A DNA stretch of 64,000 nucleotides from the NCBI GenBank assembly GCA_958009085.1, contig OY253683.1, positions 868,001 through 932,000 of the forward strand, in the 5' to 3' direction. Both the position numbers and the translations under genes were made by a program. This DNA comes from Protoeuglena noctilucae (lineage: Eukaryota). This document shows positions 25,480 to 38,551 of this stretch, piece after piece (within the stretch, counting starts at the first letter, position 1; the number at the start of each line of letters is the position of its first letter). The notes below the pieces were generated by a model that had not been told where the DNA came from, did no database searches, and was given only the letters and a program-made list of their open reading frames with translations.

Positions 25480-27902
25480 CCGCCAGAGAGACGAGCGCAG
25501 AGACGATGAGCGCCACTCGCTGTCCTGCTGAGGGCCACCGCTGCATCGGCGCTTGTAGTCCCTCGTCGCCGATCCTGTTTCCCTGCAGCAAAGGACACCA
25601 GGCCCCGTGTCGCTCGAGACGAGCAGCAGCTGCCCCCTGGCTCCCGATGCTATGCATAGTGCAGCAATCAATCGCAGGGACGGCAGCTTGTTTGCCAGCG
25701 GCTGCACGGGTGCGCCGATCATTCCCACGGACCTGTCCACCTCTTCCCGCGGGCTCGTCCGCCCTCGCCACCACCACTTCGGCCGGCTGCACGTCGGCCC
25801 ACCGCACGCCGGCCTCCCGCACCGCCGGCAGCCGCGACACTTGGTCCCACACGCCCCTCCGCAGGTGCGCCGGCACCCGCTCCGACTGAAACGCCACCAC
25901 GCGCCGACGATGCTCCTCGCGCTCTTGCGCCCGAAACTCTTCCTCCCTCCCAAACAAGTTTGGCCTACGCGGGTTGCGCGCGCACCCGGCCACGTGCGCG
26001 TGCGCGTCCTCCCCGCAGTCCTCCAGGCACCACCCGCACAGGTGCACCCCGCACCCCCCATCCGCCGGCGCGCACCACAGCGCCATGCACCTCTGGAAGT
26101 CCCCCACTGTCGCCGGCCGCTCACACCTCGGGCACCGCATCACATTCAGCTCCTCCTCCACCAGCTTGCGGTACGCGTCTACGGCCTTTTCAGAGTCCTT
26201 CGTCTCCCCCTCTCTCGCCAGGCGCCTCAGCTCCTCCAGCTCCTTCGCCCTCTCCTCTCTCTCGACATCCGCAGCGTGCCGTCGGGCGGCAGCGAAAAAC
26301 ATCGCTATCGCCCCTTTCTCCGGCAGCTTCTCCACCACCACCGTGCACTCGAACACCCCGTCGCACGCCTGGCCCGTGCAGTCCCGGCACTTGAGGTCCC
26401 CCGCCGCATTGAAGGCTGCCCGATTCTCCGCCAGCGTCGCCACCTTGCCCGCGAGGCAGTCGCCGCACACGCAGTGCGCTGCCCCGGTGCACTTGGCTAT
26501 CTTGCTCACGTCCTCGTCACACATGCACACGCAGCACTCCACGCGCCTGCGCGGGGGCGACGCCGGGCTGTCGGAGGCAGGCGACGTGACACAGCAACCC
26601 TTTGCACCAGCCATCCCATCGCAGATCCTCAACGCCAGAGGGTGACTGCTCGCAGTCACAGCCAGGGACACTAGCAACACCTGCATTTTACCTGGAGGCG
26701 CTGAGGGTGTCGCGAGACGCTCGTGCCGCCCTCAGCATGTCGGCCGCACTCGTCCGATCCTGGGCCTCAAATCGAAGCGCCCCCTGCACCGCCGACCGCA
26801 GCGGCTCCGGCACCGACTCAGGCACTTCCGGTAATCGCTTACGCACTATCACATCGGTCAAGATCTGGTTCCTGTTCTTGATGCCATGAGGCGGCTGTCC
26901 CGACGCTACGTGGCACAGCGTCGCAGCTAGCGCGTACGCGTCCGACGCTGCCGTGTGCGGACCCAGCTCCGTGTCCCACTGTTCGGGGGGCATGTAGTGC
27001 TCCGTGCCCATCCCATCCACGACACGAGTGCCCCGGGACGAGACCTGCGGGGGGACCACGACGGGGTTCACGGCCCATGGCTCGCCATGCACACCGATGA
27101 CGAGATGGCCAGACACCGACGCAGACTGAACCGCTAGCCACTCGCTGAGCTCCCTTGCAGCCCAGCTACGCCGCCGCCTCACCGACACCTTCATCGCGCC
27201 CTCGGCGACGGTCGCCAGCCCAAAGTCCGCCAGCAGCAAGGTGCCGCGATCGTCAATCAGCACGTTCTGGGGCTTGATGTCCCGGTGCACGATGTTGCAG
27301 TGATGCAGGTCCCGCAGACCCTCCAGCAGCTGTATCGCCACCTCCACCACTTCGTTCGGTGGCAGGGCCCCCTCCTCCGCGATGCGCTGCGCCAATGACC
27401 CCCTCTCGTACAGCGGCATGACGATGTGGAGCTTTTTGCCTATGTTGGAAATGCCCAACAGCCTGCAGGAGGAACGCGCACCACCGATCACGACACCGCA
27501 TGCACAGAGCCCGGCGTCCCGGCCGACAGTCGCAGGCAGAAGAGACAGATCCACTCACGGGCACACGCGGTTGCTGTGCATCGCCGCCTCCGCCATTCGC
27601 TGCATCTCCTTCATGCCGCGGTCGAGCACGCCCTCCCAGGTCCCCTTGGGCACACCACTACTGTCCACGTTGAATCGCTTGACAGCCACATCGCACTCGC
27701 GCGACAGCCACCGGCCACGGAACACCTCGCCCTGACCGCCCTCGCCCAATGACTCCCCGATCTGCAAGTCCTCTCCCGGAATCACGGGGACCTTCAAGGC
27801 AGCGCCTTCCGGGGTCACCGCCGGTGTGTCCGCCATCCCTGCAGGCGCGAGGAGCATGCCCATCCCTGCGGGCGCGAGGAGCATGCCCGGTTCTGATACC
27901 AT
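25480..27902 (-). CDS. TKL-like kinase - RING - IBR-like zinc finger protein (copy B) followed by a degenerate LRR-like exon; possibly a pseudogene
   Basis: [40 protein letters not shown]...C...HCVCGDC...C..C. IBR-like CPRC...CMALWC...CGVHLCGWC...[18 protein letters not shown]. Confidence 0.8.
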
Positions 27903-28797
27903 TCAACGTTTTGTTAGGGACTGGAGGCGCTGCTACCGCAGCACATGGTCCCGGTGCGGAGGCTGCACATTCTTGCGGGCGCAGCGGGCGCAGCGGGCGC
28001 CGTTGGGTCGCACGCGAGCCACGCCCGCGCCTCGGAGCTGGGTTTTATGCATCTAGCGGTTTGGTGCCAGGCGCCTGCCTTAACGCAGACAGCCTCGCTG
28101 CTGCACCTCACCCAGGTGCGGACCCCTCCGGTTGGCCCTCGACGCTCGCTTGGCCTTCGCGCGGCCCGCCATCGCGCCCTCGTCTGCGGACACGCCCGCC
28201 GCGCCCCGTCACAATTGCCGAGGCACGTGGTCCCAACACCGCAGCCGTGGCGTCCGAGGCCTCGCGTCCGCCCCGTCCTGCCCAGCACCTGCGTGTCTCA
28301 CTCACACGTCCTGCACCCGGAACCCTCGGCCCCCGAACGATGCGGCGCGGACGCAGACGAGGCCTCAAGCTGCGTGACGTGAGAAGGCCGTTTGAGCTCA
28401 CTCCGCTCGCGCGCTCGCAACCGATGGCTCAGGCTCGCACCCGATGACTCGCGAGGTGTGCGCTGCGCCGGGCCCGAGCCTCGCGAACGGTCTCCTGGCC
28501 GCGCGGGGAAGGCCCCGTGTCGGTTGCGCGCCAGACCTGCGCAGGAGTGCCGCCGTCTGCGCCGATTCGCGCGCCGGCCCGGCCACACGTCAGCAAGTGT
28601 CTCCGATCGCGTCCCTGCACCCAACGATTCCCCCGGGATGCGCGGAGGCAGCCTCGACCGACCCGGCCGCGTTCATCCTTCACTTTCTATCGTCCGATCT
28701 ATCAACATAACATGGGCCCTGTCTACCGGATGTCGTTGCTGCATGCCCATCCAGTGCACTGTCAATGCGCTATCGCTGTGCGCTTTTCGCGACTCGT

Positions 28798-29551
28798 TCA
28801 CAAAGACGCCAGCACGGTGGCCCACAAGGGGTTCAAGATGGCGAGGATCTCGTGCATCTCTTCCACCGACGCGGTGTTGTCACCTGCGGCGAGAGGCAAG
28901 ACGGAAGGCTTGTGACAGCTGCTGGATCGAGGCCAACATGGCTTGCAGGAGTCCCCATCCCGGGGCTCACCGTCGTCGTCAATGATGTCCATGACCGCCT
29001 GCGCGAGGCAGTGGCCGTAAATCTTGTCGCCGCGCTGCACGGCGGTCTTGGGCGTGTAGGCCTCCACGAACCAAGCCCCATCCGTGACGCAGACCTCGTC
29101 CGATTCGGACAGGTCGTCCATCAAGGACTCCGTGGTGCTGCGGGCAGTCAGATAGGGCCACGGATCGGCGCGTGGGCGCGAGGGCCGTTCGCATGGACCG
29201 CACGATGCGATTGGGGGCCGCCTCGGTCTCACCACACCGTCAGCCTTGCCACAGCGTCGCGGAGACCGCGGATCGCGTTCTTGTCGAAGCATGTCTCTGC
29301 GAGCGGGTGGAGATGGCGTTCGCAAAAAGCGATTAAAACGGTTTACGGTTTGGGTCAAAACCACGCGCGGTTTCGCTGCCGACGAAAACACGCAGTTCCA
29401 CGCAGAATGCATGCTCACCCTCCACATCCCGATCCCAGGGCGACTGGTTGGCCAGCTTTACAGCCGAAACCAGCGCGGAGTTGATGGCCATCGCGGGAAC
29501 GGCCAGCGCCGCGCCCAAGAGCGCAGCCAGGGCGATTTTCCGCGACAACAT
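28798..29551 (-). CDS. Small secreted protein with an EF-hand-like loop (paralog A), spliced
   Basis: Signal peptide MLSRKIALAALLGAALAVPAMA. Spliced loop DDDG|DNTASVEE. TGA at 28798-28800. Confidence 0.7.
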
Positions 29552-29896
29552 GGCTGCCTGTGTGTGCTGTGCGGTGGTGGCAGTAGAGGGATGTGAGTTG
29601 GAGGGCGCTACGGCTCGCAGATCAGAGACATGCAGATCAGAAACATCAGAAACAGCAGAAACAGACGCGAGTTCCCGTGCGCGAAAGCGCCTAAGGACGG
29701 ATTCTATATCCCCTGTTGGCGTCCGGAGGGCTCGGGCGTCCTGCAGGGCGGCCTGGATGCGCATGCATGACGCGCTTCTCGTTGCTCAGAGCCTTTCGCG
29801 CGCAAAGTCCGGGCCGACCACCAGGTCCGGATCATTTCAACGCTAGCAGCCCTAGCTACACTGCTATCCGCGACGATCACTGGCCACGCGCGAGCA

Positions 29897-31380
29897 TCAG
29901 CACTGGGCATCCACGAGATCCGAGAGCTCGCGATCGTTCTCCTTGACGTAGTCGATGATGCTGCCTGCGGACATCGAACCAAAGAGACCGTCCGCGGTCG
30001 CGCCCGTCGCGTTCGGCGGACGCCGCAGCGCCGTCGCGAAACGACCGTTGAGGCGGCGCCACCCTCGCCGCGCTCACCGATCTGGTGCACGTCATCGGGG
30101 CAGAAGGAGTTCTTGCCCAGCGACTGAGTGAGCAGGATGTCGATGGCGCTGCGGGAGGGGCGAAGTGAGGGTCCTCGGGTCACGCTGGCGGACATGCGGC
30201 CGTGCGCCCCAAGCCAAGCCAGGCAAGCCATGCAGTACAGCTCGCGCTCGCACCAGGTGATCTCCTTGACCTCGCGGGGGCTCAAGTCGAAGAGGTCGGG
30301 GGCGAGCAGGACCAAGTCGGCGACCTCGCCAGTCGACACGCAGCCATCGCCTGCGGGGCGGGACGGGGGCGGCCGGTTGGTATGCTGCCACGAGAAGCGT
30401 GTCCGGGGCACGACCGCATCGCATCGTATCGCTCACCGTCCGTGTCCATGATGGGCATGAGCGCGGTCGTCACGCACTCGCCCACGGCCTCCCCCACCGT
30501 GCGGATCTGGTCCCCCTCGTCTGCACGCGCTTACGACGAGGGATCAAGCTGCGACCGCCACGCGCTCTGCACGGATCCCGAGCGCAGCAGTGGCAGCAAT
30601 TGCACTCACCCATCATCATGAAGTCGAACATCTTGCCCTCCATGTCGTTCATGCAGAGCTCATCCGAGTCGCTCAGGTAGTCCATGACGGCCTCCGTCGA
30701 GCTGCGTGGGCGACCGCGAGCCTCTCCTTCAGCGGATACGCGCGCGGCAGCTGCTGGCGTGACCCCACGCCGCGCGCGCGGGGGCGAGAGGCAGTTGCAT
30801 CTCTCACCAGGTGATGAAGTCGAGCGCGGCGTCGCGGATGACACGGATGCCGTCCTTCGGCAGACAAACATCTGCAGAGACCAGAGAGGGGGGCGGCGCG
30901 CGGTCAGTCCCACGGCCGGCACGCAGAACGCACAGTTGGAGAACGGGTCAACGGCCGTCCCAGCCGTCGGCGTGGGGGGCGGAAACAGGCAAATCATCGC
31001 ATCCCGGAACTTGTGTCCGTTTTCTTCGACGAATTCCGATCGATTGGGTGCGGGGGGCATCGGGATGCGCGGCAAGGCCACCCGAGGCCATCCATCGGTG
31101 CCCCCTGCCGCTCGGGGGGCATCGCGTGCGCCCTTGGCCCGTGGGGATCACAGAGCTCGAAATCTGCGCCTCAGGCGCAGGATCGCCCTACCCCGACGCG
31201 CGGTACGCCGCGCCGGGGCCGCGATCGGCTTTCCCTCGCAGGGGCGCGCGCGGCCTCACCCGAGGGGTCCAGGTCGCCGTTCATGACCTTGAGAACCGTG
31301 GCGACGTGGTCGCGGACGGCCAGCGCGGGGAGGGCCAGAGCGGACGCCGCGAGGGCGCCGATGACAGCCTTGCGCATCAT
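29897..31380 (-). CDS. Small secreted protein with an EF-hand-like loop (paralog B), spliced
   Basis: Signal peptide MMRKAVIGALAASALALPALA. STEAVMDYLSDSDELC aligns with TTESLMDDLSESDEVC of paralog A. Loop DTDG|DGCVSTGE. Confidence 0.7.
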
Positions 31381-32044
31381 GGTATCGTCGTGGAGGTGAG
31401 CGAAGCGAGGTGGCGAGCGAGATGTAGCCGGCTCATGGCGCGTAACCTGCGAGTCTGGATTTTCCAAAGCCCTCAGGGGTTTCCCCTGGGTTAACTGCCC
31501 CTGGGTTGACTGCCCATGCTCAGTGCCCCCCGGATTCGCGTGCGCGCAATCTAGGAGAGTAGGAGCATTGTGGAGCCCGTCCAGAGACGCGGTTGGAGAT
31601 CTGCATGCATCTCCGGCCATGTCTCGTGGCTGGACAGGTGCGGTTCGCGACGATTTTATCGTGCGTGGGGGACTTACGTGCGCCAGAATCCGCGCGCTTG
31701 CACGCCCGTGGCGCGCCTGAGAAACAGCGTCCGTCGTGGGCCATGCCCCGCGCGACTCTCCGCGGACCCGCGGTGCCCACCTGCGCTTGCTGTGCTCCGG
31801 TACTCATTTGGAACCTGTACACGGATGCGCACGGCTTCCCGCCGTCCCATGCGGGCCTCCCGCAGCCTCTCATCAGCCAGGCCCTGGAAGCTGACTCAGG
31901 GGGCCCTGCTGAGGAGCTGCTGAGGGGCCGCAGACGACGCTCGATCCTCCCCTCCCTCCCGACGCCATGCCTGCAGGGCGGGGGCTGGCGGAGGACGCGG
32001 AATGTGTGCCGCTCCCCTTCGTGTCGGCCTGCTGCCCCCCCCAA

Positions 32045-35000
32045 ATGGCCGCTCACGCGTCGTGGACGGTGGACCGCTTCATCCGACTCCAGAAAATTGG
32101 CGAGGGCTTTGCGAGTCACGTCTTCCTGTCCATCGATACGCTCGGCCGAATGCGAGTTGCGCTGAAGGTGTGCCGACCTCGCGTTGGGAGTGCGTCTGGA
32201 CCGCGCCGCCGCGGCTCTGTGACGCGTCACCTGACCGGTTATGCGCTTCTCTTCTTCAGATATATCAGAAAAAGAACCTGACCCCGGCGCTCCTGGCCGC
32301 GGTGCGCCACGAAGTATCGGTCCATGGCCGGTGCGTCCACCCGCACGTCCTGCCCCTCCTGGCCGCATTCGAGGACGGCGGCTATCTGTGCATCGTCACG
32401 TGGTGAGCACCGCGCCCAGGCGGAGGTCCCAGGGACTTCGCAGCCCCCGCACGACTGCACGTCATGTGCGCTGGCCTGCACGGCTTGCAAGCACCCGGTC
32501 CCACACTGGCTGCCAGCGAGTTTGATACCGCGTTTTCCCCCTCTCACCCAGCATTGCGGAGAACTCGGATCTCCACCGCCGCCTCCCCGACATCCGCCGC
32601 GACGAGCCGACCGTGGTCAAGCACATCTTGGGGCCCCTGCTCTCGGCCCTCGCGGCCCTCCACATCGCGGGGTACATCCATCGGGACATCAAGCCTGAAA
32701 ACATCATGCTGCAGGCGAGGGACGGCTGCACACGCCAGGGCCGCCTGCATACTCGCTCCCATGCCCGCACCTCACACGCCCTCGCCGCCCTTACACCCTC
32801 TTCCGCTCATTGCCTGCACCCCCACCCCTGCTCCCGCGCTCATTCCCGGATTTCCGGCACTCCCTACTCCCAACCCTACCCTCTGACCCACCCCCGCTCC
32901 CACACCCACGCCCGCCCTCTTGGCCACCCTCACTGCCGCCCTCGCACCCTCAGCCCCACCCTCACACCGCCTCCCCCGCCCCCCCCACTCCCCCCAGGGC
33001 TCCCACGCCCTCCTCGCGGACTTCGGCTTCGCCATCTGCCACCGCCGCCGCCGCGCCGTCACCCGCCTGGGCACGCTGCAGTTCATGGCGCCCGAGGTGG
33101 TGCTCAACGACCCCGACGACAAGGCCACGCATCGCGCCGCGGTGCCCCGGGACGTGCGCCTGCCATATTCTGACGCGGTGGACGTGTGGGCCTTGGGGGT
33201 GGTGGCGTACGAGTGCCTGACGGGCACGCTGCCCTTCCCGGGGACCACTGACGATGAAGTGGTGGAGGCCGTGCTGAGGAGGAGGCCGCAGTACCCGGGG
33301 ACGCTCAGGTGAGGGGGAGAGGGAGGGTGGCAGTGACGGTGGAAGCGGTGAGAGTGAGGGTGGCAGAGCGAATGTGGCGGGGTGGGGGAGAGTGAGGGAA
33401 GCGAGTGCCATGATTGAGGTGATGCGTCTTTCATGCTGCGATCGTCGTCATCGTGTCATCGCTTCTCGTGCTTTCCAGTCGCGATGCGGTGGAGTTCCTG
33501 GAGCTGTGCCTGGCCTACGACCCCGGCAAGCGAGGATCGGCCGTCGACCTCTACTACCACCCCTTCGTGAGTGTCACGTTGATCACGCTCACGTTCACGC
33601 GCACATTCAGCCACGCACATTCAGCCACGCACATCCAGCCACGCACACCTCGCTGCGCGGCACGTGTGCCTGCTGCGCTTCTCACGAGCACGTGTGCCAC
33701 CTGTACCGTCCATGACATGTCGTACTTGCACAGCTGCACTGCTCACTCATGGCTCCCACCCCACGCACCCAACCCCGCCCCTCCCATCTTTCAGGTCCGA
33801 AAGCACATGCCGCGCGACCACTGGCACAGGCTGGAGCCGTCCCATTGGGCTTCCCCCGAGGCAGCCGCCGCGGCCATGGCGGCATTCCCCGCCCTCGTCC
33901 CATCCATGTACCAGGTGAGCGCGCGACGTGCCATGCGGGTCGCAGAATGCGAGGATCGATCGTCGGAGCCAGCTCCGCCCACGACGAGCCGACTGCGGTC
34001 GACGGAAGCAAGCACCGCAAGCGGCGTGCGCCTCAGAGACGCCCACACCCCTCCCTCGCCCCCCCTTCCACACCCATCCCCCTCCACCCCTCCTCCCCCA
34101 CCCCGCTCTCTCCTCCCCTCTCCCCCAGGCACCCCCGCCAGGCACCGCCGACGACGGTGCCGGGCCCGACTCCCCCACCCCCTCCGCCATCCGCCGCGCG
34201 TGCGGCTCCTTCGCTCGCCCCAACCACGAGCCGGACGCCGTCTCTCTCGGAGACCAGCGCGGCCGCTTCCGCGCCCAGCACTCCCAGGTCCAGTCCAGCG
34301 CGCCGTGCCCCTCGCCCTCCGTCGCGGGGTCGGCCGCCAACTCGCTCCCCATGGGGAACGCCCCGATGCCCTGGGGCCCGCTCACGCGCGACTGGAGCGA
34401 CCCCGCCAACGCCCCGCTCGGCCACGGCCACGGCCACGGCCACGGCCGCGCCGCGCCCAGCCGCATGCGCGCCGGCGACCCCAACGTGGCCCTCCGCGCC
34501 CGCGCCGTCCAGGGCTCGTTCGCCCAGGCAGCCGTCGCCACGGTGCACAAGTCCGCGCTCAGCTCCCCCGCCCTCGCGTCCGCCCGTGTCCGCTCCCCCC
34601 CCCGGCCCCCCCAAGTGGCGCCCCAGGCGGGGTCATCCACCACCGGCCCCTCCCCCTCCGGCCGCAACTCGGTCACGCTGGGCATCGGGCTGTGGCACAG
34701 CCTCTACCGGGTGCGGCCCGCGCCGGCGGGCGTGCTGCACGGCACCGCGTCGGGGGAGGGGGGCGCCAGTGAACGGACCACGCAGCCGGGTGACGCGGTG
34801 TGCGGGCGGGGCGGGTCCGTGGGTCGGCCTCTGCGCCTCGCGGACGCCGGGCCGTCGACGGTGGAGGGCGGGGTGGTTGAAACGGTCGAGTCTGGGGAGG
34901 TTCTGAGGGCGAAGTCGTTCAAGGCGGCGAGGGCTGCGGGGGGGAGCAGGGGCGCAAGGGGGAAGGTGAGGGCGGGATGGGGTGGGTGGGGAGTGGTGGA

Positions 35001-35547
35001 GTGGGTGGGGGGAGTGGAGGTGAGGGCGGGATGGGGTGGGTGGGGAGTGGTGGAGTGGGTGGGGGGAGTGGAGGTGAGGGCGGGATGGGGTGGGTGGGGA
35101 GTGGTGGAGTGGAGGTGAGGGCGGGATGGGGTGGGTGGGGAGTGGTGGAGTGGGGGGGGGGAGTGGAGGTGAGGGCGGGATGGGGTGGGTGGGGAGTGGT
35201 GGAGTGGGTGGGGGGAGGTGGAGGGTGTAGCGGTGGGGTTCAGCGGAATGCAGGTGCGCGGAAGGGCCACGTGGGCTTCTGCGCGATTCGCTCACCTCAC
35301 CTCACCTCACCTCACCTCACCTCGCCTCACGTCACCTCACGTCACCTCACGTGACCTCACCTCGCCTCACGTGACCTCACGTGACCTCACCTCACCTCAC
35401 CTCGCCTCACCTCGCCTCACCTCGCCTCGCCTCACCTCACGTGACCTCACCTCACCTCACCTCACGTGACCTCACCTCACCTCACCTCACCTCGCCTCGC
35501 CTCCCTCGCAGGGTTTTTTCCAACGCGTGTTCGGTTGTCTGGGATGA
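32045..35547 (+). CDS. Aurora-like Ser/Thr protein kinase, multi-exon
   Basis: IGEGFASHVF, VALK, VRHEVSVH...HPHVL, HRDIKPEN, ADFGFA, GTLQFMAPE, DVWALGV. Last exon GFFQRVFGCLG-TGA. Confidence 0.85.
34962..35222. repeat. G-rich tandem repeat (~5 units, each with AGGTGAGGGCGGGATGGGG) in the last kinase intron
   Basis: Read directly. Confidence 0.9.
35291..35500. repeat. (CTCAC)n pentamer satellite in the same intron
   Basis: Read directly; includes CTCGC and GTGAC variants. Confidence 0.95.
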
Positions 35548-35728
35548 CTCACTTTTGGCCCCATCCACGAGGCCTCTCGACTATGCTTGTAGCCCCTCCA
35601 GCATGCATGCGCTGCGTTCGGCACGCCCACGCTCGCCCCCGACATTGGGCGACCACCCTGAGCTGGCGACTCTGAGACAAGATGCCGGCCATTTTGTTTT
35701 TTTTTTGCTTTTTTTGTTTTTTTTGTTT

Positions 35729-35918
35729 GCCTCTTATCCCTCACCTGGCATCTTATCCCTCACCTGGCATCTTATCCCTCACCTGGCCTCTTATCCCTGA
35801 CCTGGCCTCTTATCCCTGACCTGGCCTCTTATCCCTGACCTGGCCTCTTATCCCTCGCCTGGCCTCTTATCCCTCACCTGGCCTCTGATCCCTCCCCTGG
35901 CCTCTTATCCGTCACCTG
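35729..35918. repeat. 19-bp tandem repeat GCCTCTTATCCCTCACCTG (~10 units)
   Basis: Read directly. Confidence 0.9.
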
Positions 35919-37049
35919 CGGCGACGGCGCAGCACCGCGTCCTGCCGCTGCAGCCCCGCAGTCCGCATCGCGGCCTAGCCCCAGGAGCCAGTGAGACTGG
36001 CTCTCGCTCTTTCGCGCAAGGCACTTCCCCGCCGCACCTCACCTTAGGACGATGGTTTGATCTCTCGCCCGACGCGGGGCGCCCGTTCTTGACCTCGCTT
36101 CAGGAACCTGCGGCTATGTGCACCCGCCGGCCTCGTGCGATCGCCGCGACCGCTCCTTGTGTTCTGCGCCTTTCCCTGTATCACCCGGGGGGCCTGGAGA
36201 GTCACGCGGGCTGCGCCTGCCGTGGCGTCCCTCGCTGGCCATCGCAGCGTCCCACGTGGCGCGTGATAGAATCCAGCCTGCGCCCCTTTTCGCCACAGTA
36301 CAGACGACGGGTGTCTTGTCGTTTCTTTGGTAGCGCACGGGTCGACCTTTCCACGTGTGCCGCGCCAGTCTGCGCCAGTCTGGCGTCGCTGGGGCGGGGC
36401 ACTTGAGTGTCAGCGAGGGGGCGAGAGCTGCGTCAGTTATCCATTCGCCCAGTTGAAGAGCACAGTTGTACTCGCGGGCGGGGGCGCGCACCCGCGTAGA
36501 GGGTGTGGAGGATGAGCATGCTGACAGACAACGACAAAGCCCCCTGAAAGGGTTAGTGTTTGCTTGTGCATACACTTCGGGGTTCTTGCTTGTGGGAGCA
36601 CATTAAGCAGCAATCACCCGCCTCCAACTCAGCATCTCCTGAAGTCCCTCTCTCACTTCCTGCACCCTGCCTTGCCGTGTCGCTTTCACAAAGCATCGAT
36701 GTCGTCTGGCAGCGCAGAGCTGCAGAGGAGCGCAGTGACGGTGTGTCTCTGTGTCTAGCACAGCGTTGAGTGGAAATGCAGGGCGCATGCATGAACAGTC
36801 CGGCATGGTGAGGGGAGCGGGGTTGCAGGTATGACGGGAGTTGCGGGTTCAAAACCTGAAACTAGGAAAAGGGGTAACACACAGGATAGGGTTGGCTCCA
36901 GACTAGCTTGCACAGCTGCGCCCTCCACAGCAGCAATGCTCAGCATTGGTATGTCGCTCCTTTCCCGCACCCCGACACCTGGCAGCCGCTGTGCTGCAGA
37001 CGGGACTCGTCGCCAAGCCTCAACAGGCCATACCCGCCACACTTGCTGA

Positions 37050-38020
37050 CAACCACGCCCCGCACCTCCGCCTGACCACCATCTAGGCACCACACCCCGT
37101 GACCCTCCTTGGACCCCGTGATGCGCCCCCCCTGCACCACGATCTTGGACCCCTGGCCCATGCTCCACACGCCACAGCGCTTGCAGTCGGCGATCTGCAC
37201 GTCCCGCACCTCCGCCTGCCCGCCCTGATCGCACCACACCCCGTGACCCTCCTTGGACCCCGTGATGCGCCCCCCCTGCACCACGGCCTTGGACCCGGCA
37301 TCGAAACACGCCACGCCACAGTCCTTGCAGTCGGCGATCTGCACGTCCCGCACCTCCGCCTGACCACCCTTTTTGCATACAACCCCGTTGCCCTCCTCGG
37401 ACCCCGTGATGCGCCCCCCCTGCACCACGGCCTTGGACCCCTGGCCGTGGATAAACACGCCACAGCTCTTGCAGTCGGCGATCTCCACGCCCCGCACCTC
37501 CGCCTGACCACCCTCTTGGCACGACACCCCGTTGCCCTCCTTGGACCCCGTGATGCGCCCCCCCTGCACCACGGCCTTGGACCCGGCATCGAAACACGCC
37601 ACGCCACAGCCCTTGCAGTCGGCGATCTCCACGCCCCCCACCTCCGCCTGACCACCCTTTTGGCACAACACCCCGTTACCCTCCTTGGACCCCGTGATGC
37701 GTCCCCCCTGCACCACGGCCTTGGACCCGGCATCGAAACACGCCACGCCACAGCTCTTGCAGTCGGCGATCTCCACGTCCCGCACCTCCGCCTCACCACC
37801 CTCTGCGCACTGCACCCCGTGCTTGTCCTCGGACCCCGTGATGCGCCCCCCCTGCACCACGGGCTTGGACCCCTGGCCGTGGATAAACACGCCACAGCTC
37901 TTGCAGTCGGCGATCTCCACGCCCCGCACCTCCGCCTGACCACCCTCTTGGCACGACACCCCGTTACCCTCCTTGGACCCCGTGATGCGCCCCCCCTGCA
38001 CCACGACCTTGGACCCCTGG
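37050..38020 (-). repeat. Seven 144-bp coding repeats (48-aa beta-helix units)
   Basis: CGTGATGCG recurs at 37117, 37261, 37405, 37549, 37693, 37837 and 37981 (period 144). Confidence 0.95.
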
Positions 38021-38334
38021 TTGTAGCAGATCACGCCCGTCTTGGGAGCCCCCGACACCTGCGTGTCCGTCAGCACCACATGACCGCCCCCCTCGCACTG
38101 CACCCCCGTTCCCACCACCCTCACGCCCTCCACCCGCAGCGGCCCGCCCCCGGCGGCCCTCAGAGCGTACCCCTCCCCCAACGCGGCGCTGGATGCCCGC
38201 AGCGTCCCGTTCCGCACCGTCAAAGACTGTCCACTCCGCACTGTCACCTCTGACGACAGCCTCCACTCCCTTCCCTCCAGGTCGATGACACCCCCTGAAG
38301 GGACCACCCCCCGCTCGAGGAAAGCTTCTCTCTC

Positions 38335-38551
38335 CGCCACCCGCCTCTCCTCCGCCAACCGCCTCTCCTCCGCCACCCGCCTCTCCTCAGCCACCCGCCT
38401 CTCCTCAGCCACCCGCCTTTCCTCCGCCACCCGCCTCTCCTCAGCCACCCGCCTCTCCTCAGCCACCCGCCTCTCCTCCGCCAACCGCCTCTCCTCAGCC
38501 ACCCGCCTCTCCTCAGCCACCCGCCTCTCCTCAGCCACCCTCCTCTCCTCC
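38335..38551 (-). repeat. 18-bp coding tandem repeat, (EERRVA/EERRLA)x12
   Basis: Read from the ORF and the DNA. Confidence 0.95.

Noticed and set aside
27830..27890. 27-bp duplication (MLLAPAGM x2), plus the 11-bp repeat at ~40208-40270 and the 9-bp repeat at ~29620-29665
   Set aside because: Ordinary short slippage repeats with no further structure.
37050..38020. Diversity-generating retroelement template/variable repeat
   Set aside because: Differences are not adenine-specific and there is no DGR-type reverse transcriptase.
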